Part shown: one piece after another, positions 62,044 to 64,000 of the stretch
Position numbering within the stretch: position 1 is the first letter of the stretch
How the letters are laid out: each line of letters begins with the position of its first letter
NCBI GenBank assembly: GCA_031409655.1
Contig: JANNXQ010000127.1
Location: 32,001-96,000 of the forward strand
Source: Chthoniobacteraceae bacterium
Lineage (GTDB): Bacteria; Verrucomicrobiota; Verrucomicrobiia; Chthoniobacterales; Chthoniobacteraceae
Direction: 5' to 3'
DNA: 64,000 bases
Notes under the pieces: model-generated
The model's input: only the letters and a program-made list of their open reading frames with translations
What the model was told of the DNA's origin: nothing
Databases searched by the model: none
Made by a program: the position numbers and the translations under genes

Positions 62044-62203
62044 CGTGCCTATCCGGTTCGTGGCCAAGTTGCGGGAGAGTTGGACAGGATTATCAAGATT
62101 GCCAGGATTCACGGGATTCTCTCTGGCGAAATCCAGGAATCCTCTAAATCCTGTGAATCCTGTCTCCAGTTTTGGAAGCTTGGCCACAAACCGGATAGGC
62201 ATG
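62044..62203. mobile_element. 160-bp MITE-like element, family B, copy 2
   Basis: Same length and ends as copy 1, with the interior reverse-complemented. Confidence 0.8.
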
Positions 62204-62359
62204 GTTTGAAGTTTGAAGTTTGGAGTCCGGATCTCGCCCCCCCGCAGCGTCCTCCTCAATGTTCGATGTTCGACGTTCGACGTTCGACGTTCGACGTCCG
62301 ACGTTCAGCGTTTTGCGTTTTGCGTTTGGCGTTTGGAGTTTGGAGTTTGAAGTTTGGAG

Positions 62360-62519
62360 CGTGCCTATCCGGTTCGTGGCCAAGTTGCGGGAGAGGTGGA
62401 CAGGATTATCAAGATTGGCAGGATTCACGGGATTCCCTCTGGCGAAATCCTGGAATCCTCTAAATCCTGTGAATCCTGTCTCCAGTTTTGGAAGCTTGGC
62501 CACAAACCGGATAGGCATG
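62360..62519. mobile_element. 160-bp MITE-like element, family B, copy 3
   Basis: Near-identical direct repeat of copy 2, 316 bp downstream. Confidence 0.8.
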
Positions 62520-63203
62520 GTTTGAAGTTTGAAGTTTGGAGTTTGCAGCTCGGAGTTTGCAGCTCGGCATTCACCCCGCCCCGTCGCCCTCCTCGATGTT
62601 AGATTGCTGATTGTTCGATGCCCCCCGCAACCCCGGGAAAATCCCGATAAACCTCCCTCCTTGCCCGCCCTCCTCCCCAGTCCCGCGCCGGCCTCTCGCC
62701 CATACCGGCCCTACGCACCGAGCGCCCCGCACCCTCGCGAGCTGGCTGCCCCTTCGTCCGTCCCCCGGAAAGCCTTTCGCCCTCTGTCCGCCGGGGCCCT
62801 TTCTGCCCGGCTCTACCGCCCCCTCGCACCCGCTTCCGGCGCCCGCCGCAAGCGCTTCTCCCGCCGCTCTCTCCGGCCCTAAAAGTTTTTATGAATCGGT
62901 TCACATTTTTCTTGTCACGCCTCCGCCCGATCTGTAATTCTCTCAACCAGATCGCTCTTTTGCGCTCCCTAAAAACCCCTCATCCCCCCTCGTAGATTGT
63001 TCCTTTCTTTGCCCCCATTTCGCGTCGAATCCCCTGCGGCTCCATCCCTCATTCGCGCCGTAGCGGTTTCGGCGAAAGCGCAGCGGTAGTTATCCACTTC
63101 GTCATTCCTTCCTAGCTCCCGTCATTCCCGCATCCTCCTCATCTCTCCAGTCCCCTCCTTCATTCCTCCTCCTCTCCCGTAGCCACCCACTGAATCCCTT
63201 CCT

Positions 63204-64000
63204 ATGAAACGCACCCTCCCCACCACCCCCAAGACTTCCGTCGCTCGCTTGCTCAAGCCCCGTCCCCTTGGCGAATCGCTTTCGCGCCTCGGATCCATCG
63301 CGGTGATCAGCGCCACGCTGTTGGCCGGGTCCGGCACGGCCAAGGCCGTGGACAATGACTGGACCGCGGGCAGCTCATTGGATTTCCTCTGGAGCACCAT
63401 CGCAAACTGGTCGCTCGGGCTGCCGACCGGCGCCCAGGATCTGCGCTTCCTGCGTCCGATCCCAAACCCCGGCGCCTTGCTCAATCCCGAGACGATCACA
63501 CTGGGTGCAGGCTCGCTCGGAAACTCCCTGTCCTTCAAAGGCAATTACACCCTCACGGGCGGCGATCTCACCCTCACTGCGGGTGCCATCCGCGCGGATG
63601 TTGGTACGTCTGCGATCATCAGCAGCCAGCTCATCAGCACCTCCGGGTTCACCCTGACTGGCGGTGGTCAGGTGAAGCTGACTAATACTTCGAATAGCAT
63701 CAGCGGCACCACCACCCTCGCCGGTGGTACTCTTGTAGTTTCCGATTTGCTCCAACTCGGCGGCAGTGCAACCCCCATTGTGATCACTTCAGGAAATTCG
63801 GTGTCCGGAAATACCGCTGTGACTGGGTTTGTCGGGGGTTCACTCTTTCTTGATGGCACTTCGAGTGCGTTGAGTCTCGCGCGGGCCATCGGTTTGGAGG
63901 GTTTGGGCGCGAATGGCCGCGGGTCAGCTTTGGTTTCCCTGGGTAGTAACACCCTCTCCGGTCTGGTCACTGCTGGCGGTGGAGCCACGAGCCGCAGTTC
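63204..64000 (+). CDS. Autotransporter-associated beta-strand repeat protein; 3' end runs off the window
   Basis: Not in the ORF track. Manual translation: MKRTLPTTPK, long signal ending TAKA, WSTIANWSLGLP, FTLTGGGQVKLTNTSNSISGTTTLAGGTLVV. Confidence 0.82.
   Translation, partial: MKRTLPTTPKTSVARLLKPRPLGESLSRLGSIAVISATLLAGSGTAKAVDNDWTAGSSLDFLWSTIANWSLGLPTGAQDLRFLRPIPNPGALLNPETITLGAGSLGNSLSFKGNYTLTGGDLTLTAGAIRADVGTSAIISSQLISTSGFTLTGGGQVKLTNTSNSISGTTTLAGGTLVVSDLLQLGGSATPIVITSGNSVSGNTAVTGFVGGSLFLDGTSSALSLARAIGLEGLGANGRGSALVSLGSNTLSGLVTAGGGATSRS

Noticed and set aside
60542..62602. Repeated small ORFs such as MPIRFVAK... and ...NPVNPV...
   Set aside because: Translations of the 160-bp element and heptamer tracts, open on both strands; no evidence of coding
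61995..62620. Possible CRISPR array
   Set aside because: Units are 160-bp elements and 7-mer tracts, not 23-50-bp repeats with unique spacers; no cas genes in the window

Overview
GC-rich (roughly 65%) bacterial DNA, most likely Verrucomicrobiota (Chthoniobacter/Spartobacteria-like). This is inferred from a DUF1501 plus PSCyt/PSD1 pair, seven sulfatases, a PEP-CTERM protein and an autotransporter-repeat protein. From left to right: a nitrate-uptake locus (partial CysJ-like diflavin reductase, AlgE-family porin, nrtDCB, three NrtA-fold paralogues, divergent LysR); an EhpF/GriC-like ligase, MFS transporter and PQQ-propeller trio; a sialidase/NanA/sulfatase/DUF1553/DUF1501 cluster; a PhoD-like enzyme and sulfatase array; a TolC-MFP-CusA/CzcA efflux operon with an antisense PIN toxin-antitoxin pair inside it; an ECF sigma/anti-sigma locus; an Fpg-family glycosylase; a sulfonate-type ABC operon headed by a 53-codon remnant of an AlgE-family porin; nadD-rsfS (rsfS apparently starts with CTG); a stand-alone CHASE2 protein; and the start of an autotransporter-repeat protein. 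Intergenic DNA, and some coding DNA, carries several families of palindromic MITE/REP-like elements built from 6-, 7- and 9-mer repeats. One is a 160-bp element in three copies whose core is inverted relative to fixed flanks. No rRNA, tRNA, CRISPR array or transposase was seen. All calls come from motif recognition by eye; no database searches were run.
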